A DNA stretch of 54,506 nt, counting the filler, from Perkinsus olseni (Eukaryota): NCBI GenBank assembly GCA_013115125.1. It is 3 parts of 3 records of this genome, joined end to end, with 100 filler letters (N's around TTAATTAATTAA, not from the genome) between each part and the next. Parts side by side here need not be neighbours in the genome. Positions count along the whole stretch, not along the records: positions 18,257 to 36,383 come from JABANN010000624.1; 2 more parts are not named here. One strand, written 5' to 3'. The notes beneath the pieces are model-generated. The model was given only the letters and a program-made list of their open reading frames with translations. It made no database searches and had not been told where the DNA came from. The translations under genes and the position numbers were made by a program. Shown here one piece after another: positions 21,818-35,464 of this stretch. Within the stretch, counting starts at the first letter, position 1; each line of letters begins with the position of its first letter.

Positions 21818-22569
21818 ATGAGCTCGTTCAAGCTCCTTTGCGCCGGACTGCTCTTGTGGGCTGTTCACGCTCTAAGAAGCCACCCAAGTAAGAGCAGCCC
21901 CGTAGAGCTCGATTCTTCCCAGCTTCAATACAGATGCTCACTCCCAACTGACAGCTTGGGTAAACGGAAAGTTGAAGGATCAGCTAGCTTCGTTGCTGTG
22001 CATCGCACCGCCGATGGGAAGGAGGTAGGAAGACAAGAGGGAACCTTCCCGCCTTCCTGTTTGTGCCAACTTCAGAGCGTCCTTGGGGTCATCGAATATG
22101 CCCTTCTGAGCGCAGCAACCCGAGGAAGGTGGGTTTACGTTGAAGGGGTGGAAGTGAAGGATGCGGAGTGGCAAAGCAAGGGACTCGAGACAGAGATCCT
22201 CACACGCTTGCTCGCCTACGTAATGCAGCAGCCTCGGTTTTGTTTGCCCACGACGATTCTCAGATAAAACTGGCTAAGCCTCAAGTTCTAGGCGCCTTTG
22301 TGCTGGTACAGCCTCACACTAGAGAGGAGGGGGTGTTCAAGTCCGTTGGCTACAGACGCACAGGTCGGCACTCGGATCCGCGTTCTGGTTCGATTGGCTC
22401 TCTCCTGCGGATCATCTCAGGCGAATCGAGTCCCTTCGAGGCGTATGCCTTCGTCTTCACTTCACCGGCAGCCGCTAAATTACCAACAGGCCTGCCACCG
22501 ATAGACATGCGACTACCGGTGACGAATGATGGCGACGTGATAGAAATTTATGAGGACATCTTCGGATAG
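21818..22569 (+). CDS. Signal-peptide-bearing GNAT-fold protein, 3 exons
   Basis: Introns at 22025-22075 and 22220-22263 (GT-AG). Signal MSSFKLLCAGLLLWAVHA. GNAT-like WVYVEGVEVKDAEWQSKGLETEILTRLLAYIK and VFKSVGY. Alternative ATGs at 21791 and 21809. Confidence 0.7.
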
Positions 22570-23684
22570 TTTTCATCAGCAAAAGTTCGATCCTCATGAC
22601 TACGATGTTGGTTGTTGTCGCTAAGCACTCATCTTTACTTCGAAGTGAAGACACCGGCGAGCCGTACGACCCATCGCGCCAGTAAAGCGAGAAACGTTTT
22701 TAAGAATCGTAAATATGTCCGCTTTAGGGCGTTCCAATTCGGTACGCACATGACTAGTGTGTCTTAGCATATCCTCTGTCTTCCAGTGAAATCTTCGGTA
22801 CAATAATCAATGATATTAATCATCGACGCATTAATGACGTAGAGCATGACAGGTACGCGTCTTCGTGTGATCATCCTGACCCCCCGTAAAGACTCACCGT
22901 TCGAGTTCCTGCTGGGCCAATCGTTGCTTGGAGGCGTCCGAATCGTCGAGTAGGCGTTGGACCATATCTTCACGCTCCGCGAGGAACTGATCGTACCTAC
23001 AGCCTGACGGATGGCGACTCGACAGACCCTCCCCTTCCCTACTCGGGCGTGCCACTGCAGTCAAACTTTGACTTGTTCATGACTTCGTAAACTTTCCGTC
23101 GAGTCTGCGTAACCCTCTCCGTCACCAGATCAACCGAGCTCGAGAACCTGAGGTCACCGCTTGCTCTCTTGTGCCCTCTAGCATTTCCTCAACTCACTTC
23201 ATCTGCCCTCGTTCAATAAGTCTGCCACAGATGCCTGTGCCTCCGACTGATGCTCGGCACGTTATCCGAGAAGACAGACAGAAGACTCGATGAAGGCAGC
23301 TTTCACAGTATCTATAACCAAAACATATGAAGCCCTATAATTCCCACGCAAGTGTTCCCGGTGGCGACTCTTCGGGCTTGGCATTATAGCAAACTCCTCC
23401 ACTGATCAAGACCTCAACGTCGGTCTGCGGGCGCCGACCGAGATAATGCACATCACGGTGCGTTCCGTCGTCAACCAGTTCCCCAGCGCCCCGCCGAACT
23501 CACGCATGCCCACAAGGTGCCGTGTAGAAGCCCGTGCCGCTACTGCGATCACTGATAGCAGTGCAGTTACAGCAAACAGCAGTGTGCAGCAAGTCTGACA
23601 CTTGCGCCATTAAAACTAATGAAGAGAAAATCAGGTGCTTCGCTCCGCTAGAACTCAAACATGCTTGAGATAATAGAAACATTC

Positions 23685-26600
23685 TCAATGCCCACTGGAG
23701 CCAAAACACTCATCGTGGGTGATGTTGGGAACGTCAGCGAAGTACCTAGGCAAAGACACATCGCCATGAAATCTGTCCCATAAATTCTCATCCAATTGTG
23801 AAGCACGTTTCTCGTAAGTGGCTGGGCGTTCGACTACGAGATCTTGAGGGTAGTTCGAAAATATGCAAACAAAAAATATTTCCAAAATATTTACAGACCA
23901 TTTCCAGAAATTTTCGAAATATTTCCGGAATTTCATTTTCGAAACACATTGAAATTCATTATGATAATAGATGCTATGAGTTCCGTTTCGATGTTCGATG
24001 TCATCTCTCCACAGCGGCTCGCGGACAGTTCTCACTGTCACACTCGCGGACTCTCAGTGACAACGACAGCAGCAGTTGAGCCAACGGCACTCGATAAAAC
24101 ACGCAGCGGTCGAAGCACCACGAGAATTCCAGTCACAGTATAAGCGAGACGCTGGATGACGCCGAGGCTAGGCTTACCTCTCCAGCCTCTTCCGAGCTTC
24201 CTTCGAGATATTGTAAAGCACATCAGATTCAACGAGCAAAGTGTTCTCTCCAAGAGTCGTCGGCGGGCTGCCTCGATGCCACTGGGAGGCGGCCATACCC
24301 GACAGAGCGTAGCATGTATGGTAGTAGTCGCAGTTCCTGAGCAATCCCGCACTCATTCTCGACTAGCGTGCCGACACTCTCACTTCCCCGGCTTGTCTCG
24401 AAACCCTCCCCTTTCCCTCTCCTGGCAGGCCAAGAGCAGATACATCTGCAAGGGCTCGGGGGCACACCAAGCCTTCTCTTCCTGAGACAGCATTAACGGC
24501 TAACCCATCAATCGATCGAAGAGGGCGGCTCACCTGCGGGATGTGCAGTAGCGAGCGTAATATCGACAACGAGCCGTACTGCCAGTAGGAGTAGCAGGAG
24601 TCGACCAGTTTGTTTGCACGACCGTTGAATCCACCTGATTACAGCAGTAGAGTCTGGTAATTTTCGGTAAAATTGTAGAATTGTAAAATGTGTTGTGTAT
24701 TATTGGGGTGATGACAGCAGCCAGAAGCGGCCTTTGTGCTGAGAGACGTGGCGATTATATCATGTACAGCACGATGTATGAGGAAAGCTTCAATCGATAC
24801 ATTCGACAGACATTTGATGCAGACAACCAGACACGATCAACCGCTAGGCGGCCTCCTCCACGAGATCATCCAACAATCCCTCCAAGTCCCACCTTCGAAT
24901 GCCAGCTGTCTCTGGCACACCCATCTAGCCATCCTCTCGAGGTTCAAGGCTTCCTCAGCCTTGCCGAGCATAGTAGCAGCGGCCAGACCACAGAAAGCGT
25001 AACTGAGAATATCATATGATCCGAACATAGGACTTAGTACCAGCTCCCTTTACCCGCCATGAGCTTCAAGCCCAGGCTCTCCGGCTATTCCACCCTCCCA
25101 TGTCTGGCAGCGGTGAATGTATCCCACTACACCTAAAACACGACCTCCATGACACGTAAAGTCATACAATAGATGCGCAACTTTCAAGGCCACAGGATCC
25201 AGAGTTGGGGCCCAGAGCCCTCCTCCGGCAGGTGCGTGCTCTCGCAATAATGAACCCAGAGGTATCCGAGAGTCAATGCTGGGACTCGAGAGAAATGCCA
25301 CCGCCAGTATGCCGAAATATGAAACCGCTACTGTGCGCAACACGCGCGGGACCTTCCGAGGCAGCCCACCTTCCTCCAGCTCCGGGGTGATCATCTTCAG
25401 CATGCCCGCAACTGCAATTGCACAGTAACAGCCCCGCATATCCGTTTCACCGTTCTGATGAACTCTGAAACCTCCAGTGGATCGATCCTTCATTGATATT
25501 AAAAATCTGTACCTGAGCATACACTTGAATGTTGGCGAAGTGCCCTAAGCGAAACTTGGAGAAAGATAGCCAAAGTGTGCCGCTTGCTTTATCAGGTGTA
25601 ATAATGTTGTTGCCTTATGCAAAGACTTGTCTCTGTAGAGATTGAATTCGCTATCTGTCTCAAAACCCCAGCACTTTCACCTCGAAAGCGGGAGCCAATT
25701 AAGAGAACAGAGGTAGAAAGTACTGTGCTTGAGCAGACGCTCGTGTTAGGCGTGCTTAAAATATTTAACATATATTATTATTAGTGTTAAATATTTAACA
25801 CTATTGAATATTTAAAATTAACTCCGCCGTCTGAGGAACGCCAGCATTCGTAGATGAACTCAACACGTGCAGGCCGGACATCTCGCTGATAAGTTTTCAC
25901 GAACTCTGGTATCCGACGGGCAATCCCGCACCCGATCCACTCTTACTGAGATACGATATGTAGCTGAGCTATCATAGCTCCTCACGAATCTCACTCACGG
26001 GCTCTCCACCTCAGCCTGAGGTCCTCAGGGTTTACGACGAAGATGGCTTCCGACAGTTCGCGCATGAACTTTGCACTCCGCGGGTGGTTGGCGTTCACAG
26101 CTCTGGACAATCTCATGATCACGTGGAAGATGTCCAATTTCACACTGACCTCTGGTGATGAAATTATTCTTGTCTCTTGCCTCCGCTCTGCAGCAGTTCC
26201 TGTCGACGTACAGCACTAATGGTGCACCAAGCCATCAGCAACTGTGGCTGCAACAGCCAGCGCCGCGTCCTTCACACTGGCCTCGATAGCTGGCAGCTCC
26301 ATGTATGATAAGTCGGAGATGATCGCATTTGGCTATGAAGTAGACGCCTAACTCGATGTCCTCATCCGCAGGCTGGTACTCTAGATCAACATGAAGCCTG
26401 TGCAGGGCAATCAGCGGGCTGGTGAGCTTCTTGAAGTCGCATCATCAATCAAGCAGATTCCACCAGTCATCCCTCCCTCTCCTCACGACCATAACCCGAG
26501 AAGCGGGAGAAGGACGTACGGGTTCTCGAGGTCGAACCCGAAGCACTCCTGGATATCCTGCTCGACTGACCCCTTGAACTTTTCACAGGCGCGATGTCTG

Positions 26601-28724
26601 ATCAGTCAAACCGCCGGCGTTCGCGGGAACTCGGGACCACCGTTCACAGGAGGAAGATCTGCATACTTCGAACCGTTCGCCAGAGAAGTCTGTGGGGCAT
26701 CCGTACCAGTACACTGGCTAACGAAGTTGCATGCCCATTGAAGTCTTCCGCAAAACTGGTTCATCATCCTCGTCCAAACGGAGCAGCCTCAGCCTTATGC
26801 GATTCGCTGAGATATCAAGGGATGCCTATCGCCAACCGAGCGATAGGGAACGAAACTGGTAGGGGATATGTAAGACTATTGAAACACGAGCATTGAGTGA
26901 CGGCTGCCTTCGTCACATTCAGTATAGCAAACATCCCGCGCGAGGCCCATCCAGACCTCCCTTCACAAGGAGCGCCTGATTGTCCACTGGGATTTTCAGA
27001 CGGGAACAGTAGGATTTCGGGGCGGAGGAGCGGAGCTCACTTTCTGCGCAGGATTCGGCGATGTAAATTTGAGCAAGGACGGCAGTTGATCAGAGGCAGG
27101 CGCGGAATGTGTCTGGCGGGTCCGAATCCCAGCACCGGCGTTTCTCCAGCATTGTTGTATCCTGGCGCGTGATAGTTTTGGCTGACAAACCTCATAAAAT
27201 CATGGTGGAAAGTATCTCGCATTTTTTATGGAATCTATAAGGCGGGAGATTCCGATTGGTATACCTTCCACGAGTTCATTCATGTCGTGGAGAAATAATT
27301 TCAACAAACAAACGCGCGGAATGGTGCCGAAGGGATAGTATATGCTTCGCTCGCTCCGCAACTTTAGTCCGTTAGAGAACATAATTTTCACGCGACGCTC
27401 AATTCATCCTGAGCCCGAATAAACACCGACTGAGCATTCACAGACTCCACCAACATAAATATCATCACCGCATCATGCGAGCTCGATACCAACAACAACA
27501 TCACACCATCCAAGACCTTCTTACAGCGCTGGTCTGTTAACGACCCTATAAGCTTCCTCCGTGCCCACAATCACCAGAGCTGCCACTGCGGCATAAGTGC
27601 AGGCCAGATGAGGTAGCTGACCAGGTCCACCAGCGAACCCCCCCTTTGGCGATTGACAGGCCGACAGAAAAGAGCATACGCTGAAAGGGGGAAAAGGGAC
27701 AGGATACAATAGGGGAAGACTCAATTCACATGTGAAGCGACTTCATTAAGAGCTACGACCGATCTACAATTCATTGTAAATCGTACTGTAAATTACAAGT
27801 AGAGTGCTGACGACATCAAGCATGCGTACATGGTGACTGTGCAATTCACCCGGGACCGGTGATCGCATGATCCTAACTTCTTCGAACACACTATACTGAT
27901 TCATACGATTATGCATTTCCTTCACTCCACTACACTCAACAAAGCAAGACCCAGTCTTTCACGAGCAGAGCAGTCTAGCTAAGTGCACGCCATCCACTCC
28001 GTCACCGGACTCGTACGACGACGAGTCGCAGCCAGCCATACTGCGACGAACACAATCACAGCAATGGATCCCTCCTAGGAGGCTCCTACCGCGTTACTCA
28101 TCAGCAACCTCGATTCTGTCCAGATTGCCCAACAGCTCCAACGCCCGCAGTATCCAATACACGAACCATGGCCGACTGGCATCCAGGCAGCAGTACTTGG
28201 TCGGCAGAGACTTCAAGGCTTTCTTCAGGAACTTCGTGTGGACTTCCCGATTCAGTTGGAAGGCACTGAGAGGCACAATTTCCAGTATCGACGCGAACGG
28301 TATCAGGCAAACGTGAGAAAACAGAAAACGGGAAATCCGAGTTGCAGAGGGCTCGAAAGGCAACTTGTCCTGCACGAATTTTCTTCCACTACCACAAAAG
28401 AAGAAAATGGTAACATTCCTTGGCTTAATGGACAGAGCCTATTCAACAGGCTGAGCTGATCCCTCACAGAGAGGCGCATCTCTCCCGGTCTACCTAAGCC
28501 GTACTGTCGGCGTTGGACTCCAAACTCACATAAAATGCTCCCTGCAGGCGATTGCGAAAGAGTTTCAACACGCGAAATTTCGTCTCCAATCCTCTCTACT
28601 TTTCATCAGTCGCGACACTGCCGTCCAGCTGCTCCTTCATGAACACTTGGTAGCAGCTCATCACCGACATTTCCGTCCTCCGTTGCTCGGCAGACGAGTG
28701 CGTTGGGAATCTATCATCGTTCAT
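23685..28724 (-). CDS. FNTB: Protein farnesyltransferase beta subunit, multi-exon; last exon inferred
   Basis: [105 protein letters not shown] (Zn ligands D, C, H). Confidence 0.95.
23850..23955. repeat. AT-rich GAAATATTTCC-type degenerate repeat in an FNTB intron
   Basis: Repeated aaatatttcc / gaaattttcg motifs. Confidence 0.6.
24693..24767. repeat. Dispersed intronic repeat, copy 1
   Basis: Highly similar to 31713-31785. Confidence 0.85.
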
Positions 28725-29140
28725 GATGCGATAGCAGCTGAGACCAAAGGCTGCGCAATCAAGTCCACTGAATCCGCCTGACAGCCTTGCTTGCACCCAC
28801 ACCACTTGCCGGTTACGAAGAAACAGAACGACTCGATCATATATCGCCGCTGGCGTCGCATCCTCGATTCTTGGAATTCGCTTCCAAGTCTTTCCCGAAG
28901 AACACAACAGACTCGAGTCCTTGAAAGATGCTGTATCACTGCTGAACCTCTTTCTGTAAAAAAGGGCCCAAGAAAACGCCTCCCGCATTTAAGCTATTCT
29001 CATCAACAAAACACGGCGCAGCCCAAGGTACTAGAAACTATACTGCACCGCGATAAACGATCTAAACAAATGTCCAGGAACAGGTTCAGTGAGAAATGTG
29101 GTATATGAAGAGTGACGATTATACAATAGCGAGATCAATT

Positions 29141-32100
29141 CTAGCACAGTCCCCACATCATACCAGTAGCCACGGTAATCCCAGCCTCCTTGTTCAGGGC
29201 CTTCACCAACAACTCCTTACGCAGCCTCCATTGGGTGTTATAAATATTCAAACCATCAACGATGTTTTGACCCGACAATTTCAAACAATAGTACGCAATG
29301 AAGCAGCCCAGCCTGACGAAACTGTTGGAGAAGTACCTGACGCAGGCGCCACAAAAGAATGACCTCACACTGCAGTCTCCTCAAACTCCTCCAATCCCTG
29401 CGACTCTGTCGGTTCCCTATCGAACTGAAGGTGGTATTAACAGCTACTACTAGGAACATGTACCGCCCAGACTCGAGAATTGAACCCACGACCTTCCGTA
29501 ATGCGGGCGTGTCCGTCACCCATTATACCAATATTTCCCTATTACCAGTCGTCCAAAGAGGGCTTGAACCCCTTGTGTTTCTTATCCTCATGAATGGATC
29601 TTATCCCCTCCGCGAAGCCGCGGTCCATCACACCAATACTGCACTCCAAGTTCCTCCGCGTCGAGTAGCGATCGAAGTTATTGGAGCCCAGGAAAGAGTA
29701 CACCCCATCAAACGAGGAGTACTTCGCGTGCATATGCTGAGCACCGTACCTAATCAATCGCAACTTCCAGAGATAGAGCATTATCGCGATGCGCAATCGA
29801 GTCATTAAAAACCTTCATCCTCATCACAGTTTGAGAGTCTTCCGAAACGGCATTCAAAAATTGTCAAGACGATTCCGGTCAGGAGTTGAAGAAGTTGTGG
29901 TATCAACCTTATCAAGTGTCCCGGCGTACATGGAAACATCGCAGCCCGGCAAACCCACGAACTGCCGAACGGCGTGGGTCTGCGCCATGAGGTCCCCCGG
30001 TATGGGCCAGAAATCAGAATTGCCCGACACGAGCAGAGATGTCTTCACCTTTCGCCGCGTTATGGTATCTACCGAGGCCGCAGGTTCGATCCCAGGAAAC
30101 GACATTTCTCCTCACCAATAAGTGTTCGTCTGAGGAATCCGGGCGGAGTGAAATATGCCGAAGCGATGATCACGCTCTGGTCAGCGCTTCTCAGTAGCAG
30201 CTGTAGCGACTTCTGTAGGCCGTAATCTTGCCGTCTCACACAACTATTCAAAACCTGCCCAGGCGACCAATTCCGTATCCTGCTCTGTTAAACCTTGGAT
30301 ACTGACACCTCCAGCTCCACTTACCTGTACATACATGCCTGGCTCAGCAACTGCTGGAACATCAGGAATGGAAGAGCGCACTATGTCCGAACCGGACTCC
30401 TTCAAACTGGAAATGAAAACCTAAATTTAGGTACGCCCAATCACACGCATTCGCTCAGCAACAACCAACGCTCTTCCTCGATAACAATAAGCTCGAATTG
30501 TAACAATCATCCGTTCAACATTTCGCGCGCCACGTAATCCCACCCTATTACATCAGCAAGATCCTTAACACACGGTCCTCTCATTCGAGAATGGACATCA
30601 TAAAAGTGACCGTCGCCGCCCATCTTCGGACTGCAGGTCTCCTGGTGGATATTCATCGACCCACAGAAGCCAGTCTGAAGACGAGAACCGTACCATCCGT
30701 TTCCCTAAACCCTCAGGCTCTCCCCCCTTAAGAAAGAATGCATTCTTACGCGTAAAATGCGGTGGCAGAGTCGATCTCAGAATTCATTCTTGTACGACCA
30801 GAACGAATGAGAAAATAATCTCCCTGGCGACCAGATTAGAATGCAGTTCAAGAATCGATCACATAACTGATTTCTAGACATAAAGTGCCGTTCCAAAATC
30901 GATTACGAATTTCAGAATTGCTATAACGAACACCTCCTTTGCCGCAGCTTCTCGTACTCAAGATGCCCTCCCGATATTACATTGTCAGCTACTAGTATTT
31001 TACGATGATCTCGAAAGCATGGCGGGCCTATGGTATCAGTAAGGAACGGCACCATTGGGTTGAACACGACCACAGGGACGCCGATGGACCTGGGCCAATC
31101 ACCAGCACATCGTCACGCGCCACGAAGACATCCACGTATGTATGTCAGCTTAAAGTCCAACGCCGTCGGCGATAAGTCAATGAAACGCCGTCAGCGTCGG
31201 CAATAGAACTCAAACCGATGTACGGGCGACACAATAATGGGCTCTGTGCCGCATAACAGAGCATCGTCGCTTTCTACAGTCGGAACAAATTTTGTCCTCA
31301 ACGACTGGTTCTATGGGACGACTTCGAGCAGAAGCTCGTTGTACCTCAGATGCTCCAGCCACTCTTTCCGGAATGCACTGCCGCCACAAGCATCCAAAAT
31401 GAGAATCTACAGGCAGAACACTCACAAGTACCCTCCCTCGCTTCGACCTACGACGTCCACCCCTCGTCCCTTGGCCCTGACCAGTGCGTCGTAGAACGTC
31501 TCGGCCACGCTGGAGCCGTCAAAGATGTAGCTTTCCATCCATACACGATCCTTAGCCGAGTCTATTGCTTCCAGCATAACGGGAAAACACGTATCGCCGC
31601 CCTCGAGTATCTACAGTAGGGGTATTGGTGAGGACGATACTTCACATACGAAGATGGCATGCTGCTGGACGACAGCAGCTGGGACCACTGGAAGAGTTCT
31701 TAAACACCACTATTGTGTATTATTGGCGTGACGACAGCCGGAAGCGGCCTTTGTGCTGAAGAGACGCGGCGATTATACCATGTACCAATCGGTTGGTATG
31801 GAACGAGTCAGGAAAGACTGAAGGTTTCCTTATGCCTCGTGCTGTACATGGTACATCCGCCACACCAGAGTCAGCGAGTCAGAGTGATGAATGGCGAGAA
31901 ATGTGGTACTGCTGGGACTTAGAAACTTTGCATGCATCCAATGCCGGAGCAACAGCCGTAGTAATGCTGACGATACAGAAGATTCTCACGCGCTGTGGAC
32001 CAGCATGCTCCGGGTGCCAGGGCTTCATACACAGTCACACGGGACTCATTCCAAGTGTGTCCAACAGACTGCTGCCTCTCCTGAGTTTCAGGAGCGCTCC

Positions 32101-32886
32101 CAGTATTAAGTTTAATAAGTAAAATACGGTCCACGGAACTCATGAGAGACAGTCTATCGACCACCCAGATCAATTCACACAGCCAGGCTCGTACACGAGA
32201 AGGCACGCACATGTTGATGCAAAATGACGAAGAGTAGGGCCGGGTAGGGCTGCCCCCATGCGTTGACGAGATGACGAAGCGAGATCTCACCTGAACGTCG
32301 TTGCCACTCGAGTATTTGCCATGCTTGTGCATGGTATGCAGTATCTCCGCCCACTTCTCTCGTGCAGTGTAGATCTGGTCATCCGTGTAGTCAGGGCAAA
32401 CCTCTCCATTATAAGCTCTACAAACAGCTTCAACAACCTCACGGGCAGCCTCTGACCCGCAACTTCGACTGCCTGATCACAAATATCAATCCCGAACTGC
32501 GGCTACCAGCGTGCATGCGAGCTAGTGGAATGGTGCGAAAAAATATTTTCCGGTGTATCCCGTTGAGTGCGAGACATTTTGCCACGAAGAAAATAACATC
32601 AGTCTCGCAAGATTCTGCGGTAAATTACCACAAGCTTCCGCAGCAAACACTCTTGTGGAACGTGCACCTTCACAAAATCTCAGCTCAACCGAAGAACCAA
32701 ATGCTGAAAATTTCTTCCACTCACCGACAGTCGTAAACTGGATAAGCACGACGAAACCGCAGCTTCCCATGTACTACATTCCTTAGTAATGGTATCAAAT
32801 TCAGCTTCCTTTTGCCTCAGCCGCTTTTGCCCTAGCGCCCATCTTTTATACTCTCCTAATCTTTCTCGTAGACGGGCGAATACCAT
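29141..32886 (-). CDS. Phospholipase D superfamily, bacterial-type cardiolipin synthase-like, multi-exon
   Basis: GNDVQ|ILEGGDTCFPVMLEAIDSAKDRVWMESYIFD; HKD1 RDHRKILVAD…GSMNI; VIIASAYFTP; HKD2 HMHAKYSSFDGVYSFLGSNNFDRYSTRRNLE. Confidence 0.88.
31713..31785. repeat. Dispersed intronic repeat, copy 2
   Basis: Highly similar to 24693-24767. Confidence 0.85.
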
Positions 32887-34899
32887 CAACAGAAGTGAAG
32901 AAGGAAAAGATATTTCATCTCAACTACTTCAATCCATCCCGCAGGTCTCCCACAATATTCTAGTACGACTCTTGTGCCACTTCCTCATCACAACCGTTCT
33001 GAACTTGTTGGCTGTCCTATTTCAGATCCCTCCCAGTGCCAACTCATTACTCGTGATAACGCAACACTCGCCGGATAGAATCGAAATGGACACTAATTTA
33101 CAGGTTTCATGATTCAACCGAATGTTGCAAGTTACCCATACATGACCCTCCGCCATCCCCTGGCTATACCAATTCCACCCGAGGCTGAGAATCTCAGCTA
33201 CGAGGGTTTCTGATCTTCTCAGCAAGTTACTGAGAATGGCCAACGTTATGGCATGGGGACGGGTTCTTGACAGTAACCGATCAATCCGAGCTCGACTGTG
33301 CGATTAGTTTGCACATACATGGCATCAATTGAGTACCGTTCTCCCCGTCCACCGTCGACTTGAAAAGAACCCACCCCTCACGAATTTCCGGGGCGAACGA
33401 GTCGAGAGTTGTAACGCACACCAATCGGAAGCTCTGGTCGAGCTTAACATAACCCCGTTTTCGGCTGCATCTCACTCGCAAGTTTCAGTCCCGGAATATC
33501 GAACCAAAGGCCGAAAATTCGCGAAAATTCGTCGGCAGAATCACAGAGGTCTGTTCAGCACAACATAGGGCGTTGTTCAACGCAACTTGAGGGTGCCCTG
33601 AATTTGTCACGGATGTCACAAATATCCTGCAGTTGTCAATAAACTAATCAGTGATACCACAAATCCCTTTCAAAGTTCAAAGAGGGTGTAAGTAAGGTCA
33701 TCTTACTAAAAGTTAGTAACTAACTGACTCTAAGCACAAGTAAAACTGTATTGCTGAGTCCAATCTCAACTGCAGGCTAAAGCGAATTCGCAGGACAAAG
33801 AAAGAAACGAAGGACTGCGGGTGAGAGCCAAGAAAGGGAAACCTGAAACCCCACCCGAAACCCGACAGGGCAACCAGAAATCCGAACTGTTATCCAAGGC
33901 AACACTTTCCCCCTAGTTCTTCTCCTTGGGTATGCGTACACTAGCACGCAGACGCACAGGCGTCAGAAGGATTCTGCTGAATGGTTATTTCCAGATTCAG
34001 GCTACTCGGCAGATCGATCGTGATACTCACGAACGATCCCAAGTTATGCCGCCACCAATCTCTCTTCACAAAATCTGTCTGAGATGGATCCTGAACAGAT
34101 TCAGGGCCCCGATTCAGGCGGAAAGCAGGAGAGATCCTTTTCCGCAAGGCTGGTTCACTCCGATGGCGCGCAATCTTCGTGGCGCGCATAAGAGTTCAAC
34201 CACGCGGAGTCGCGGCGCACTGCGCCAGGCACACCCAATCTTCTAATCTACAAACTACAATGCTTCATAGGGGACAGATTTTGCAGTGACGTCGGTCCCA
34301 GCCAGTATGCTAAGCATACTATGCTTCATCATGAAGCCTTCATGTGAATCCTACGGATGGCCCAGGTTCGATACCTCTGAGGGAGCGCCTCTTTACCGTA
34401 AAGTAAATTCCAGTTCACCAACATCCCTATGTCCTATGAGTGAACGGACGTGATTGGCGCCTCTAACGTAGCCTCGGCGCGGCGGGGACAGCGCGCACAA
34501 TTTTCTTGCACGCATACACACGGTGTGAAGTATCGGCCCGATACTATCGGGGTGGCCTTAGCAGAACCAAAGAAGAGGAGAAGTCGATGTAGACAAGTCG
34601 GAGTGGTTCTTGATGTCACAGTAGTTCTGGGAGGCCTCAATCTCAAATTGAGATTCTCAATACTTGGAACTCGAAGTCAGAGATGTAGTAGTTGGAAGGT
34701 CGGGTTGCAGAGATCAGTACCACGTAGGAGGGATCCCACAGTGGAAGCAAATGAGTTAACTTGTACTAGAGTCTCTCTCACTGTGAGAGTCTCACACACA
34801 GAATCTCAGCTTAAGGCCCCCTTAAAATGAAACCGCTGACGGTTATATGCAGACAAACTGAGGAGCGCGCCAACTACCGACGGGGTGCGCTGCCCCCTC

Positions 34900-35330
34900 G
34901 AACCAGCGGTTCGTCACGGACACTCAGCTCGTGATATGACAGCCGAGCCAAGTCTGGGATGACCCCAGTGGGTTCTTGTCATCCCTGGTCGTTGCGCAGC
35001 ACGCGTTTGCGATGTCCAGCGATGATCAGATTGAAACGTTCTTCAATATAACCGTCTTCGCAGAGACTTCCCACATGAAGGCACCCTTCGCTGCCAGCTC
35101 ATCGGCCCGTTCGTTGGCACTGATGGAAATGTGCCCCGGTACCCACCGAAGGGATACCGTGCCAGGGCAGATAGACAAGGGCAGTGTTCACTATAAGCGG
35201 AAATACGACTTTCCGCGCGGAATTTCTTGGCCCAACGGGAGGGTCCGAGCGGAGAATAGTAAATCTTCCAGGCGGCAGCGGAAAATTAGGAAAGGCACGG
35301 AAAGTCACAGTTAGCATTCTCATCCCGCTA
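34900..35330 (-). mobile_element. Degenerate non-LTR retrotransposon RNase H relic (limits approximate)
   Basis: 35160-35080 translates to TVSLRWVPGHISISANERADELAAKGA (WVPGHxGxxGNExADxLA motif); flanking frames are disrupted. Confidence 0.75.
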
Positions 35331-35464
35331 GTCCATTGAGTGGACTCCACTCTCAAACTCAAAGGTCTCTCTAGGAAGGCAAACATGATCATCAAAACTG
35401 AATTATGTTGGGCCGTTGGTACATACGATCTTTCTGAGACCCATGATTCTTCGAAAATCGCGTC

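Noticed and set aside
23500-23560. Alternative FNTB C-terminus ending in CaaX-like CGHA*
   Set aside because: I could not find canonical splice sites that join it in frame.
31868-31972. GTGATGA…CTGA, C/D snoRNA-like boxes
   Set aside because: Antisense to the host intron, with no terminal stem or recognisable rRNA guide.
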